Assembly: GCA_963677895.2 (NCBI GenBank)
Contig: CAXXGJ010000002.1
Span: 1-64,000, forward strand
From: Treponemataceae bacterium
GTDB lineage: Bacteria > Spirochaetota > Spirochaetia > Treponematales > Rectinemataceae
Reading direction: 5' to 3'
Length of the DNA stretch: 64,000 bases
The notes below the pieces were generated by a model. The model saw nothing but the letters and a program-made list of their open reading frames with translations, did not search any database and was not told the origin of the DNA. Positions within the stretch are counted from its first letter, which is position 1. Every line of letters begins with the position of its first letter. Positions 50,459 to 60,415 of the stretch are shown here, in pieces. A program made the position numbers and the translations under genes.

Positions 50459-51052
50459 TCAGGTTCCGGACGCCGATCGGAGGAGCAATTCGAGGACTAT
50501 ATCGGCTTCGAGATTGGCGACGATGGCTACGCGCGGGGCGACAGGCGGCGAGTCGGGCGTCACTTCGTTCTCGAAATCCCCGCAAAGATGAAGCCTGCCG
50601 CGGCGCACGATCTTTATGGACTCGAAATGACCAATGCCCGCGAGACCCGACGCCGCCACGACCTGGGTTTCGGGGAAAGCGTCGAGGCAGGTTTCGATGA
50701 GCATGGCCTTGGCCTCGGCGTCGTCGAAAGCTTCCACGATCACGTCGCAGCCCTTGTACAGCCGGAGCAGGAACTCCGGATCCAGGCGGAGCCTGTGGAC
50801 GGCGATCTCAAGGCTCGGTTCTATTCTTCTGAGGTTTTCGGCTAGGGCATCGACCTTGTATTCTCCCACTTGGTCCTGGAAATAGTACTGCCGATCCAGG
50901 TTAGCCGCCGATACTCTATCAAAATCGGCCACGACGAGCCGGCGGACTCCCGCCCTGACCAGCGCGACGGCGCAGTTGGATCCGAGTCCGCCGGCTCCGG
51001 CGATTCCCACTTTTGCCCGTGAGAATATCTCGCGCAGTCTGTCGCGTTCCAT
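50459..51052 (-). CDS. thiF: Sulfur carrier protein ThiS adenylyltransferase
   Basis: GIAGAGGLGSN, DFDRVSAANLDRQ, VEAFD, ASGLAG, APRV. Confidence 0.88.
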   Translation of the reverse strand: MERDRLREIFSRAKVGIAGAGGLGSNCAVALVRAGVRRLVVADFDRVSAANLDRQYYFQDQVGEYKVDALAENLRRIEPSLEIAVHRLRLDPEFLLRLYKGCDVIVEAFDDAEAKAMLIETCLDAFPETQVVAASGLAGIGHFESIKIVRRGRLHLCGDFENEVTPDSPPVAPRVAIVANLEADIVLELLLRSASGT

Positions 51053-51062
51053 AAAGTAAAGA

Positions 51063-51626
51063 CTAATGGACTTTAGGCGGCGAAGCAAGGTAAAAGTCGA
51101 CGGCGATAAGATTTAGGAAGAGGGAAGTCTCCGCGCTGTCCACGTCGAACATGAGGCCCAGCGAGAACATCCTTTCGCGCCGCCCGTAATAGGGGTTGCC
51201 CAGCGCGAAGGGCGTTATGCGCAAAAATATGGCCCGCGAATATTCCGGTACGCCGGAAGTCAGGTTATGCATGCCATAGAGAATCCCCGCGTCCAGCAGG
51301 GCATTCAGGTAGATGGCCGGTCCGCCCGATTTCCTTATGCGTTCGCCGAAAAGCGATACGCCCGCATGTCCTTCCAGAAAGATATCGTCAAATGGTTCGG
51401 GACTCAGGCGGGGCAGGATCGAAAAACCCGCTTCCGCGTATCGCGTTATGCCGCAGCTGAGGCCGAAGGAAGAAAAAATCCCGGGGCTCCCCGAGGGGAG
51501 CTTTCCTTCGGCGTTTCTGAAGAAGCTCCATCCACCGACGGAAAAGGAGAGATTCTGGGCTCCGGCCGAAATGGCGGCCAGCAGGAGGAGCGAGAAGAGG
51601 GTGAGTGAACGGACCGGGTGTTTCAT
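51063..51626 (-). CDS. Hypothetical exported protein, beta-strand rich
   Basis: Signal peptide ending AGA; alternating aromatic/hydrophobic strands; co-oriented in an operon. Confidence 0.65.
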   Translation of the reverse strand: MKHPVRSLTLFSLLLLAAISAGAQNLSFSVGGWSFFRNAEGKLPSGSPGIFSSFGLSCGITRYAEAGFSILPRLSPEPFDDIFLEGHAGVSLFGERIRKSGGPAIYLNALLDAGILYGMHNLTSGVPEYSRAIFLRITPFALGNPYYGRRERMFSLGLMFDVDSAETSLFLNLIAVDFYLASPPKVH

Positions 51627-51637
51627 CGCTGCCTGCC

Positions 51638-52180
51638 TCAGTATGACATGTAGGAAAATTCGAAAAGTTCGATGCCCCAGCCCTTCATGGCGAATGAAGA
51701 ATCGAAGACGAGGTCGAAGGATCCGACGGAAAAGTACCCATACCCGGCGAAAAGCCGCAGGGGAGAAAGGCTTATCGTGTAGCGGATGTCTCTCAGGTTC
51801 GCGAAGGGAGCGTAGACTGTCGCGCTCGCCATGGGGGCGAGTATCGTTTCGCGCGCGGACATCCAGGCGAAAGGATGTTCCTTTATATGGAAGAGCGTGA
51901 GGTCGACGCCGAGGCCGGCAAGCGATTCGGTGAAGGAAAGGGGATTCACGGGTATGAGATAGTGCATGGTAAAGGCCGAACCCAGCACGGGGATGTCAAT
52001 GATTTTCGCCGAAGCGGAAAAGTCCATGTATTCCGCTTCCGTAAAGAGCGGCGAGGAAAAGCCGCCCATGGAGACCGAATAGTAGAATGAATTCTCGCTT
52101 CCGGCGAAGGAGGGGACGGCCGATCGGGCGAATAACGCGAGGAAGAAGAGAATGAGAGCGCGGCGATGTAGTCTCTTCAT
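51638..52180 (-). CDS. Hypothetical exported protein, beta-strand rich
   Basis: Signal peptide; aromatic-rich strands; ends FEFSYMSY; SD GGAGG. Confidence 0.65.
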   Translation of the reverse strand: MKRLHRRALILFFLALFARSAVPSFAGSENSFYYSVSMGGFSSPLFTEAEYMDFSASAKIIDIPVLGSAFTMHYLIPVNPLSFTESLAGLGVDLTLFHIKEHPFAWMSARETILAPMASATVYAPFANLRDIRYTISLSPLRLFAGYGYFSVGSFDLVFDSSFAMKGWGIELFEFSYMSY

Positions 52181-52184
52181 CGTG

Positions 52185-53480
52185 TCAGCCTCCGAACAGC
52201 ATGCCGAGATAGGATGTCAGGTAGGTGAGGCTTCGATACTGTCTCGCTTCTTCCATCAATACGGGTGTCGCGTGTTTCATGATCTCCCGTACATTGAGAA
52301 GCGTCGTCGCTCCCACATCCTTGTCGGCGCTCACCAGCGCGATTTCCCTGGACAGGTATTGGGATCGGTAATTGAAGTTGGGGCTTCCGAAGGCGGCCAG
52401 GTACCCGTCGGCCAGCATGAGTTTGTAATGGAGGAAGGAATTGTCGGGCGCGTCGAACATGTAAACCTTCGCGCCAGCTTCCAGAAGGTCCTGGATGCAG
52501 TATTTCGAGGCCTTGTCGTATGCCGCTCGAAAGGAATTGGCCGAAAGGACGAGGTGGACGTCCACGCCTCGTCTCGTCGCGGTCTTGATTTTGCGTACGA
52601 GCTCGGGCGTCGAAAAGGTATATGCCTGCAGCATCCATATTTCTTTCTCGGCGAAGAGGAAGAAGGCGTCGAAGAGGCTGTCGACCTTGGATGGTTCGCC
52701 GGGAATCTGGTCCACGACCCAGACGGAGCTGTCCGTTTTTTTATCGGGTATACCGAATTTTTCCGGCTCGATGGGGTCGGGCGAGTTGCGGTTCCAGGTT
52801 CGGCAGAAGGAATCGACCATGTAGGCGAGCGGTCCCGGGCCTTCGATTTCCGCGAAGGTATCGATATTGCTGTATTCGCCCGAGGGCGCAAGGGAATAGT
52901 AGTTTAGGTTCATGCCGCCCACCGCCAGGTATTTTCCGTCTATGATCCAGAATTTTCTGTGATCGCGGTCGAGAAGGGCGGGAAGGGAGAAGAGCCTGAG
53001 CCCCGATATCGGATTATATTCGGCCACGCGCACCGGCGTTCCCTTGAAATATTTCAGCGCCGCGGGCAGGTAGGATGCCTGATCGGGCATATAGGTGAAA
53101 TAGGAGGAAGAGTCGAAGATGACGTAGACGAGCACGCCTTCCCTGGATTTTCGGACGAGGGCTTCCATGATGGCCGAGTTCACGGGGTGATTATTGACGA
53201 GGAATGAGTCGATCATGATGTAGTCTTCGGCGCCCTCCACGAGTTCCAGGGCGCGGGCTTTCCATTCGTCGCTGGAGAAGTGGAGTTTTGGAAGCGTGGA
53301 GGGGAATTCCGGAATATCCCGCTCGGCAAAATATCTGTGCAGGCCTTCCTGGAGGCGGTCTTGAGGTTCGCGGGCGGGCGCGCTCACGCAGGAGCCGAGG
53401 GTCAGGATCGAGGCTGTCACTAGGACGAGCGCGATGATAGACATGAACGGGGGCGTTTCGTGCGAACGATTGCGGGACAT
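52185..53480 (-). CDS. Phospholipase D/cardiolipin synthase-like lipoprotein
   Basis: Two HKD motifs (HRKFWIID, HYKLMLAD); lipobox-like LGSC. Confidence 0.9.
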   Translation of the reverse strand: MSRNRSHETPPFMSIIALVLVTASILTLGSCVSAPAREPQDRLQEGLHRYFAERDIPEFPSTLPKLHFSSDEWKARALELVEGAEDYIMIDSFLVNNHPVNSAIMEALVRKSREGVLVYVIFDSSSYFTYMPDQASYLPAALKYFKGTPVRVAEYNPISGLRLFSLPALLDRDHRKFWIIDGKYLAVGGMNLNYYSLAPSGEYSNIDTFAEIEGPGPLAYMVDSFCRTWNRNSPDPIEPEKFGIPDKKTDSSVWVVDQIPGEPSKVDSLFDAFFLFAEKEIWMLQAYTFSTPELVRKIKTATRRGVDVHLVLSANSFRAAYDKASKYCIQDLLEAGAKVYMFDAPDNSFLHYKLMLADGYLAAFGSPNFNYRSQYLSREIALVSADKDVGATTLLNVREIMKHATPVLMEEARQYRSLTYLTSYLGMLFGG

Positions 53481-53487
53481 GCCTGGC

Positions 53488-54423
53488 TCAGCCTTTGAAG
53501 AATGGCGCGAGCGCGTCGGCTATGCCTGATTTGAAATCCACGCGGGGTTTGTAACCCAAGGCTTCGATGAGGGTCGTGTCCATTCTGCAATCCCTGGGCC
53601 GCGGGGCGCCCAGGGGAGGCGCGGCATCGGGCGCCGCGAAGGACGCGTCCATGCCGAGGGTCTTGGCTATGATCATGAGCATTTCGTATTTCGTATAGGC
53701 TACAGGGCCCGAAAGAAGGTAGATCGGCAGCCCGGACCGATGGCCTGCTGCCCGTCCGTCGGCGGTCGGTCCGTCCGATCGCGACGCGCCCGCGTCGATG
53801 ATTTTTTCAATCGCGGCGGCGACATCATCGACATGAAGGGGGTATCTGCGCGCCCAATTATCGACCATGCAAGCCTGCCCTTTCTTGAGAAGCGAGGCGA
53901 GTTCCGTGACCGAGGATTCGTCGAGTCTTTCGACCGGGCCGTAAAGGATGGGCAACCTGAGTATCGCGGCCTTCGCAGCCGTCATGGCGGCGGCGACGCG
54001 TGTCTCCCCTTCGAGTTTGAGCTTGCCGTATTCGTTGAGAGGATTCACGGGCGAATCGGGAAAATAGGGCGGGTTGGATCCGTCGAACACATAGTCGGTG
54101 GATATATACAGCAAAAAGGCTCCGCTCAGGGCGCAGGCCCGGGCGACCTTCTCCGTGGCGGCTACATTGAGCGCTCTGGCCTGGCCGGGGTTCCTATCGA
54201 CGATGTCGGGACGGCGCTCTGCCGCCGCGTGGATCACGAAATCGGGCTTCGTCGCGGCGAAAAGCGCCGCCACTTCGGCGGAGTCGGTCAGATCGGCCTT
54301 GATCAGGGGCGCTCGGGCTCTTGAAAAGGCGGTTCCGTTGAGTTCAATGTCTCTCCGGCCGCGCAGTCTGGCCGAAATCGCGCGGCCGAGCAGCCCCGAG
54401 GCCCCCGTCAGCAATACTCTCAT
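53488..54423 (-). CDS. SDR oxidoreductase, RmlD/MAT2B-like
   Basis: TGASGLLG, HAAAERRPD, YISTDYVFDG, YGKLK, PRPRDC. Confidence 0.9.
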   Translation of the reverse strand: MRVLLTGASGLLGRAISARLRGRRDIELNGTAFSRARAPLIKADLTDSAEVAALFAATKPDFVIHAAAERRPDIVDRNPGQARALNVAATEKVARACALSGAFLLYISTDYVFDGSNPPYFPDSPVNPLNEYGKLKLEGETRVAAAMTAAKAAILRLPILYGPVERLDESSVTELASLLKKGQACMVDNWARRYPLHVDDVAAAIEKIIDAGASRSDGPTADGRAAGHRSGLPIYLLSGPVAYTKYEMLMIIAKTLGMDASFAAPDAAPPLGAPRPRDCRMDTTLIEALGYKPRVDFKSGIADALAPFFKG

Positions 54424-54540
54424 TGTGGGGAATATACTATCACAGGAAAATGTTGTAGTCTAAGGCCCCGGGAAAGCCTGGCTCACCGGATCGATTTCCG
54501 ATGCGCCGGAGCTCGATACCGGCCCCTCCGGCCGGAAAAC

Positions 54541-54569
54541 TTGAATAAACGCGTAATTTAATATAGCTT
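54541..54569 (+). promoter_or_regulatory. Candidate sigma70 promoter of the pdxST operon
   Basis: TTGAAT-17 nt-TAGCTT in an AT-rich leader. Confidence 0.5.
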
Positions 54570-54614
54570 ATTAGCAATCTTTATATTTTCAAATTTCAGG
54601 ACAAGGAGTCTTAT

Positions 54615-55520
54615 ATGGATACAATGTTCTGGTCAGCTCGCCAGAGCGCCGAATGGAAGACCAAGGTAGGCCTGGCCGAGATGCTGAAAGGCGGCGTCAT
54701 CATGGATGTCACGAACGTCGCTCAGGCGAAGATAGCGGAGGAAGCCGGCGCGGTCGCGGTCATGGCGCTTGAGCGAGTGCCCGCCGATATCCGCGCCCAG
54801 GGCGGCGTCGCGCGCATGTCTGATCCCAAGATGATCAGGGAAATCCAGAAAGCGGTATCCATACCCGTCATGGCCAAATGCAGGATCGGGCATTTCGTCG
54901 AGGCCAGGATCCTCGAAGCCCTCGGCGTCGATTTCATCGATGAGTCCGAAGTGCTCACGCCCGCCGACGACAGATTCCATGTCTACAAACAGGATTTCAA
55001 GGTTCCCTTCGTCTGCGGTTGCCGCGATCTGGGTGAAGCGCTCCGCCGCATCGGCGAAGGCGCCGCCATGATCCGCACCAAGGGCGAGCCCGGCACGGGC
55101 GACGTCGTCGAGGCGGTGAGGCACATGCGCACGGTCCGCGACGGCATCGCGCGCCTCACGAGACTCCCCGCGGAAGAACTGATGACGGCGGCCAAGGAAT
55201 TGGGCGCGCCCTACGAACTGGTCTATGAGATAGCGAAAACGGGCAAGCTGCCGGTGCCGAACTTTTCGGCGGGCGGCATAGCCACCCCGGCCGACGCCGC
55301 GCTCATGATGCAGCTCGGCGCCGAATCCGTCTTCGTCGGCTCGGGCATATTCAAGTCGGGCGATCCCGCCCGCCGAGCCCGCGCCATCGTGGGGGCGGCC
55401 GTCCATTTCCAGGATCCGAAAATGCTCGCCGAACTCTCTGAAGATCTTGGCGAGGCCATGGTCGGCATCGGCATTTCAGATCTCGGCGAAAACCAGAAGA
55501 TGGCCGTGAGAGGCTGGTAA
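54615..55520 (+). CDS. pdxS: Pyridoxal 5'-phosphate synthase lyase subunit
   Basis: [44 protein letters not shown]. Confidence 0.97.
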   Translation: MDTMFWSARQSAEWKTKVGLAEMLKGGVIMDVTNVAQAKIAEEAGAVAVMALERVPADIRAQGGVARMSDPKMIREIQKAVSIPVMAKCRIGHFVEARILEALGVDFIDESEVLTPADDRFHVYKQDFKVPFVCGCRDLGEALRRIGEGAAMIRTKGEPGTGDVVEAVRHMRTVRDGIARLTRLPAEELMTAAKELGAPYELVYEIAKTGKLPVPNFSAGGIATPADAALMMQLGAESVFVGSGIFKSGDPARRARAIVGAAVHFQDPKMLAELSEDLGEAMVGIGISDLGENQKMAVRGW

Positions 55521-55525
55521 CCTGA

Positions 55526-56146
55526 ATGGTCGCTTCCGATACTCAACGCTTGCCTGCCGGCTCAGCCGGCCTCAGGGTCGGCGTTCTCGCCCTCCAGGGC
55601 GACTATGCCGCCCATATCGCCGCGCTTCGCGAAGCCGGTGCCGAGGCTTTCGAGATCCGTTCCGCGGCCGACCTCGAATTGGCCGATTCCGTGGTGATTC
55701 CCGGAGGTGAGAGCACGGTGATGGGCTCCCTTCTGCAGCGTTTTGGCTTCCTGGACGCGTTCAGGCGGCGAATCCTGGCGGGAATGCCCGTATTCGGCAC
55801 CTGCGCCGGTCTGATCCTCCTCTCGAAGGACATCGAGAACAGGAAGCAGCCGGGGCTTGGGCTGCTCGATGTCACGGTCCGCAGGAACGCCTACGGAACC
55901 CAGATAGACAGTTTCCGCGCCCAAGTGAAAACGACGATTCCCGGCGTTCCCGAACTTGAAGGCGTATTCATCAGGGCTCCGAAAATCACGAAGATCGGTC
56001 CCGGGGTGGAGGTTCTCGCCATGCATGAGGGCAGCCCAGTCCTTGTTCGCGAGGGATCCATGCTCGGAGCGACGTTCCATCCCGAGCTTATTCCGGGCGC
56101 TCTCATCCACAAATGGTTCTTGGGTTTCCCCAAAGAACGGAGGTAG
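55526..56146 (+). CDS. pdxT: Pyridoxal 5'-phosphate synthase glutaminase subunit
   Basis: GVLALQG, PGGEST, GTCAG, FIRAP, FHPEL. Confidence 0.96.
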   Translation: MVASDTQRLPAGSAGLRVGVLALQGDYAAHIAALREAGAEAFEIRSAADLELADSVVIPGGESTVMGSLLQRFGFLDAFRRRILAGMPVFGTCAGLILLSKDIENRKQPGLGLLDVTVRRNAYGTQIDSFRAQVKTTIPGVPELEGVFIRAPKITKIGPGVEVLAMHEGSPVLVREGSMLGATFHPELIPGALIHKWFLGFPKERR

Positions 56147-56150
56147 TTTC

Positions 56151-56858
56151 ATGATTGCCAAGGAAATAAAGAAACCGGCCAGCCAGGACGATATCGCGGC
56201 CCACGTAAAGCGCGTCTTCACTGCCCGCGACAAGCAGATTCTCGCCAACCATTTTGCCATAGCCGACACGATTGCCCAGACCTTCGGCAAGGGCTGCGAG
56301 GTCGTCATTCATTCCCTCGAGGACATTGGCAAGTCCATCGTGAAGATTGTGAACGGGGAGGTTACCGGCCGAATCCTGGGCGCCCCCATCACCGATCTGG
56401 GGCTAAAGGTAGCTAACAACGCCTACGATTCCAAGGAAGATATCGTCGGGCCTTATTTTTCCAAGACCAAGGCGGGGAAACCGCTCAAGTCGACCACGAT
56501 GATCATACGCAACGACGAGGGCGCGCCCATAGGTTTCCTCTGCATCAATTTCGACCTTTCCATGCCGCTCACGCAGTTTTTCGCCGATTTTTCGCCCGCG
56601 CCGGAAGTCCCGCCCTCAGGCGAGAATTTCGCGCCCGACGTCGACGAACTCGTCGCTCAGGCAGTGGCCGACGAGCTGGAAGGTGTCTCCCGCGTCACGG
56701 GCGTTTCTCCCACGGAAAAGAACCGTCGCATCGTCGCCAACCTCGAGCTGCGCAGCATCTTCGACATAAAGGGAGCCGTGGAACTCGTCGCCGGCGAACT
56801 GGGCGTCACCAAGCATACAATTTACAAGTATCTCCGGGAATTGCGCAACGAACAGTGA
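56151..56858 (+). CDS. YheO/DauR-like PAS-HTH transcriptional regulator
   Basis: CEVVIHSL, GEVTGR..GAPITD, LCINFD, IFDIKGAV...TIYKYL. Confidence 0.9.
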   Translation: MIAKEIKKPASQDDIAAHVKRVFTARDKQILANHFAIADTIAQTFGKGCEVVIHSLEDIGKSIVKIVNGEVTGRILGAPITDLGLKVANNAYDSKEDIVGPYFSKTKAGKPLKSTTMIIRNDEGAPIGFLCINFDLSMPLTQFFADFSPAPEVPPSGENFAPDVDELVAQAVADELEGVSRVTGVSPTEKNRRIVANLELRSIFDIKGAVELVAGELGVTKHTIYKYLRELRNEQ

Positions 56859-56868
56859 GCGGCATGAG

Positions 56869-56921
56869 TTGAACTCCCGCCTCGGGGACGTCATAATCCT
56901 CCTAGCACGTACTAGGAGGAT
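56869..56921 (+). promoter_or_regulatory. Internal promoter overlapping an SD-sequestering hairpin before ridA
   Basis: TTGAAC-17 nt-CATAAT (56869-56897); perfect stem ATCCTCCTAG-CACGTA-CTAGGAGGAT (56896-56921) containing AGGAGG. Confidence 0.6.
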
Positions 56922-56924
56922 GTC

Positions 56925-57350
56925 ATGTCCAAGCTTTGTTTCAACGCCAAAATAGCTCCAGCCGCTCTCGGCCCCTACTCGCACGCCGTCGTTTCCGGCG
57001 GTTTCGTGTTCCTTTCCGGCCAGCTCGGGCTCGATCCCGCCACCAACGCTCTCGCGCCGGGCGGCGTGGAAGCCGAAACCCGCCAATCCCTCACTAATAT
57101 TTCCACCATACTCGCCGAACTGGGGCTCTCGCTTTCCAATGTGGTCAAGACGACGGTCTTTCTCAGGGATATGGGCGATTTCGCGCGCATGAACGCCATA
57201 TACGCCGAGTTTTTTCCGAAGGATTTTCCCGCCCGCAGCGCCGTCCAGGCCGCGGCCCTTCCCAAAAACGGCGCGGTGGAGATAGAGGTGATCGTCTCGT
57301 CCGGAACGGCGACGGCCGATGCCGTGGCCGCGCGCCGCGTTTCGGAATGA
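56925..57350 (+). CDS. ridA: RidA family reactive intermediate deaminase
   Basis: APAALGPYSHA, LSGQLG, KTTVFL, PARSAV, LPKN..VEIE. Confidence 0.93.
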   Translation: MSKLCFNAKIAPAALGPYSHAVVSGGFVFLSGQLGLDPATNALAPGGVEAETRQSLTNISTILAELGLSLSNVVKTTVFLRDMGDFARMNAIYAEFFPKDFPARSAVQAAALPKNGAVEIEVIVSSGTATADAVAARRVSE

Positions 57351-57359
57351 GCCTTGGTT

Positions 57360-58541
57360 ATGAAATACGATTTTGACCGGCTCTACGACAGAGCTTCTTC
57401 CGATTCCCTGAAATGGGCCAATAGAGCCGAGCATTGCGGCTCCGAGGATGCGATACCGCTCTGGGTGGCCGACATGGATTTTGCCTGTCCGCCCGAGGTC
57501 GCCGCCGCGGTGCGGGAGAGGGCCGCCCACCCCATCTATGGCTATCCCATCAGAAGCGATGCCTACTACCAGGCTGTCATCGGCTGGATGAAGCGTCGCA
57601 ATGGCTGGGACATCGCCAAAGAGTGGATCTGCTACTCGCCCGGCGTCGTTCCGGCCCTCAATTTCGCCGTCCAGGGCGTATCCAATCCGGGCGACAAGAT
57701 CATCATCCAGCCGCCGGGATACCACCCCTTCGTGAGCGCGACCCTCTGCAACGGCCGCCAGCTCGTAGAAAACGAGCTCGTATTCGACGGCGGACGTTAT
57801 GTGATGGATTATGAGGCTCTCGAGCGCTCCAGCGACGGACGTACCAAGGCCATCATCCTATGCAGCCCGCACAACCCAGTAGGCAGGGTCTGGGAAAAGG
57901 CAGAGCTGGAAAGGCTCGTCGATATCTGCCATCGCCGCGGCATCGTCATCATTTCGGACGAAATCCATTCCGATCTAATTCTGGGCGATATCCGCCACAC
58001 GCCCATCGCCTCCCTGTCCGAAAAAGCGGCGGCCATCACCATCACGCTCACCGCTCCCAACAAGACCTTCAATATGGCCGGGCTTACGATGGGCAACGCC
58101 ATCATTTCGGACAGAAAGCTTCGCGACACATTCCAGAACGCCGTGGAAGCCTCTGGCATCGGCGTGTCGAATGTATTCGGCAACGTCGCCCTCGAGGCGG
58201 CCTACAACGAGGGCGAAGCCTGGCTCGAGGAACTGCTCGTCTATCTGCGGGGGAATTTCGGCCTTGTTTCGGATTTCATCGCCAAGAAGTTGCCCGAACT
58301 CAGTATATTATCGCTTGAAGGCACCTATCTCGGCTGGATCGATTGCCGGAAGCTCGGCCTTTCCGATGACGAACTCAGGGAATTCTTCACGAAAAAGGCC
58401 AGGATCTGGCTCGACGAGGGGACGAAGTTCGGCTCCGGCGGTTCCGGGTTCATGCGCATAAACCTGGCCTGCCCGAGATCGTATCTGGCGGAAGCGCTCC
58501 TCAGGATGGAAAAAGCCCTCGAGGAACGAAGGAGGGGATGA
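57360..58541 (+). CDS. MalY/PatB family PLP-dependent C-S lyase
   Basis: LWVADMDF, LCSPHNPVGRVW, SDEIH, APNKTFN, FMRINLACP. Confidence 0.93.
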   Translation: MKYDFDRLYDRASSDSLKWANRAEHCGSEDAIPLWVADMDFACPPEVAAAVRERAAHPIYGYPIRSDAYYQAVIGWMKRRNGWDIAKEWICYSPGVVPALNFAVQGVSNPGDKIIIQPPGYHPFVSATLCNGRQLVENELVFDGGRYVMDYEALERSSDGRTKAIILCSPHNPVGRVWEKAELERLVDICHRRGIVIISDEIHSDLILGDIRHTPIASLSEKAAAITITLTAPNKTFNMAGLTMGNAIISDRKLRDTFQNAVEASGIGVSNVFGNVALEAAYNEGEAWLEELLVYLRGNFGLVSDFIAKKLPELSILSLEGTYLGWIDCRKLGLSDDELREFFTKKARIWLDEGTKFGSGGSGFMRINLACPRSYLAEALLRMEKALEERRRG

Positions 58542-58542
58542 C

Positions 58543-59073
58543 ATGGATTTTATTCTCGATGAAGTCGATCAGTTCTGGCGGATCATCACGCTCAAGCCGT
58601 TCAGGAAAACCGAAGGAGTGTCGTTCGATATCCTGCCGATGAAGTATCTTCCGAAGATAGACGGCGTGGACCGGGTCGTGCACAAGCACGGGGCCTTGTC
58701 GCCGGGCTCGGTGGGCGACGTTAAGCGGCCCTGGTATCTTCATCCTCAGCAGGAGGACAATCTCCTCGTGCTCCAGGGCGTCCGCATGGTGGACATATAT
58801 TCCCTGAAATACAGGCGCCTCGAGCATTTTACCGTGGAGCCCGAAAGAGTGTTCCACAACGACAAGCTCGTATATGAAGGACCGGCCATGGTCGTGTGGC
58901 CGACCAACGTATTCCATCGCATAACGTCGGGCGAAAATGGCTCCGTGTCACTCAATTTCGCCGTCAGGCTGCCCGGATTCGATATCGACACAAATTTTTC
59001 CGTCTACGATCTCGATACGAAGACGGGAGAATACAAAGTCATCAGGGAAGGCAAGCTGGATCAGTTCGCCTGA
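58543..59073 (+). CDS. Hypothetical cupin-like protein
   Basis: Cupin-like motifs WYLHPQQEDNLLVLQG and VWPTNVFHRI; SD GGAGG. Confidence 0.65.
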   Translation: MDFILDEVDQFWRIITLKPFRKTEGVSFDILPMKYLPKIDGVDRVVHKHGALSPGSVGDVKRPWYLHPQQEDNLLVLQGVRMVDIYSLKYRRLEHFTVEPERVFHNDKLVYEGPAMVVWPTNVFHRITSGENGSVSLNFAVRLPGFDIDTNFSVYDLDTKTGEYKVIREGKLDQFA

Positions 59074-59098
59074 CTCGATATCGCGCAACGCGGGTCTT

Positions 59099-60415
59099 TC
59101 ATTCCTCTTCCGCGTTGCGGTTCACTTCGTTGGTTCTGCTCACCATGACCTTGTCTATTCTGTTGCCGTCCATGTCCACTATTTCGATATGAAAGCTCTT
59201 CCATTCGCAGGACTCGCCCACCTTGGGGATCGAGCCCATGCATTCGAGCACGAGGCCGGCCACGGTATCGTAGGCGTTGGCGTCGAATTCCTCCTCGTCC
59301 AGCTCCATGGATTCGGCGAATTCCGCTATGGCGAGGGTGCCGTCCACGAGGAAGGAGCCGTCTTCCCGCTCGACGATACCGGGCACTTCGTCCGAATCGT
59401 TCTGGGCGAGTCCGGCGACGACGGATTCCATGAGATCGCTCATCGTTACGAGGCCGGAAACGCCGCCGTATTCGTCGACGATCAGGCCGGTGTTCGCCGC
59501 GTTGTCTTTCAGTATGGAGAGAGCCCTCAGGGCCGATATCGTCTCCGGTATGAGGACGGGCGGGCTCAGGTGGGCCCTGATGTCGATGCTGCCTTCGCGC
59601 ACGAGGGTTGCGAGGGCTTCCCTGACGTTGAGCATGCCCACGATCCTGTCGAGATCCCCTTCCATGACGGGCAGGCAGGCGAAGTTAGCGTTCGCCACCA
59701 ATTCTTCCTTGGCTCTTTTGTTCCCGTCTTCCAGATCCAAGGCCAGGACGTCGGTGCGCGGCGTCATGAAGGTCGTGACCCGCCTGTCGTCCAGATTGAG
59801 GACGCCCTCCACCATTTCCTTTTCAGAATTCTCGAAAATGCCCGATTCCGCGCCTTCGGCTATAAGGATTTTTACCTCATCCTCGGTGACGTCCGGTCCC
59901 GGCGCGCGCGCGAAGCCGAGGGTCCTGACGATGAGCGATGTCGCGCCCGACAGGAACCTGACGAGGGGGTCGAATATGATGCTGAGGATGGAGATCGGGC
60001 GGATGATGGCCGCGGCGACCTTCTCGGGTCGGGCGAGGGCAAGGCTCTTCGGCACCAGTTCCCCGAGGATGACCGAGAAGAGCGTGGTGAGGATGACGAC
60101 GATGACGACCGAAAGCGGTTCGGCGATGCTGGCGACGGCGGGAAAGCCCGAAAGCCACAGGCTCATGCTGCGCGATATCGTCGCTCCGCCCACGGCGCCG
60201 GTCAGAATGCCGATGAGGGTGATCGCCACCTGTATGGCCGACAGATATCTTCCGGGCTGCTCAGCGGCGTGCAAGGCGAGCAGATAGTTTTTTCGGCCCT
60301 CGTCAGCCTCGTGGCGGAGTCTGGCCTTCCGGGAGGATACGATCGCCATTTCCGAGAGGGAAAAAAAGCCGTTGAGGAGAATTAGGGCCAGAATGAGTAT
60401 GAGTTCAGCGAGCAT
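59099..60415 (-). CDS. CNNM/HlyC-CorC family protein (DUF21, CBS pair, CorC domain)
   Basis: NGFFSLSEMAIVS, GELVPKSLAL, MTPRTD, VDEYGG, VDMDGNRIDKV. Confidence 0.93.
   Translation of the reverse strand: MLAELILILALILLNGFFSLSEMAIVSSRKARLRHEADEGRKNYLLALHAAEQPGRYLSAIQVAITLIGILTGAVGGATISRSMSLWLSGFPAVASIAEPLSVVIVVILTTLFSVILGELVPKSLALARPEKVAAAIIRPISILSIIFDPLVRFLSGATSLIVRTLGFARAPGPDVTEDEVKILIAEGAESGIFENSEKEMVEGVLNLDDRRVTTFMTPRTDVLALDLEDGNKRAKEELVANANFACLPVMEGDLDRIVGMLNVREALATLVREGSIDIRAHLSPPVLIPETISALRALSILKDNAANTGLIVDEYGGVSGLVTMSDLMESVVAGLAQNDSDEVPGIVEREDGSFLVDGTLAIAEFAESMELDEEEFDANAYDTVAGLVLECMGSIPKVGESCEWKSFHIEIVDMDGNRIDKVMVSRTNEVNRNAEEE

Noticed and set aside
8200..60385. Long antisense or alternate-frame ORFs (e.g. 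8200-9474, 11634-12983, 31445-32683, 58937-60385)
   Set aside because: They shadow well-supported genes, lack motifs, and are expected in high-GC DNA.
59099..60415. Haemolysin toxin
   Set aside because: The DUF21-CBS-CorC architecture is the CNNM/CorC metal-homeostasis family; the haemolysin label is historical.
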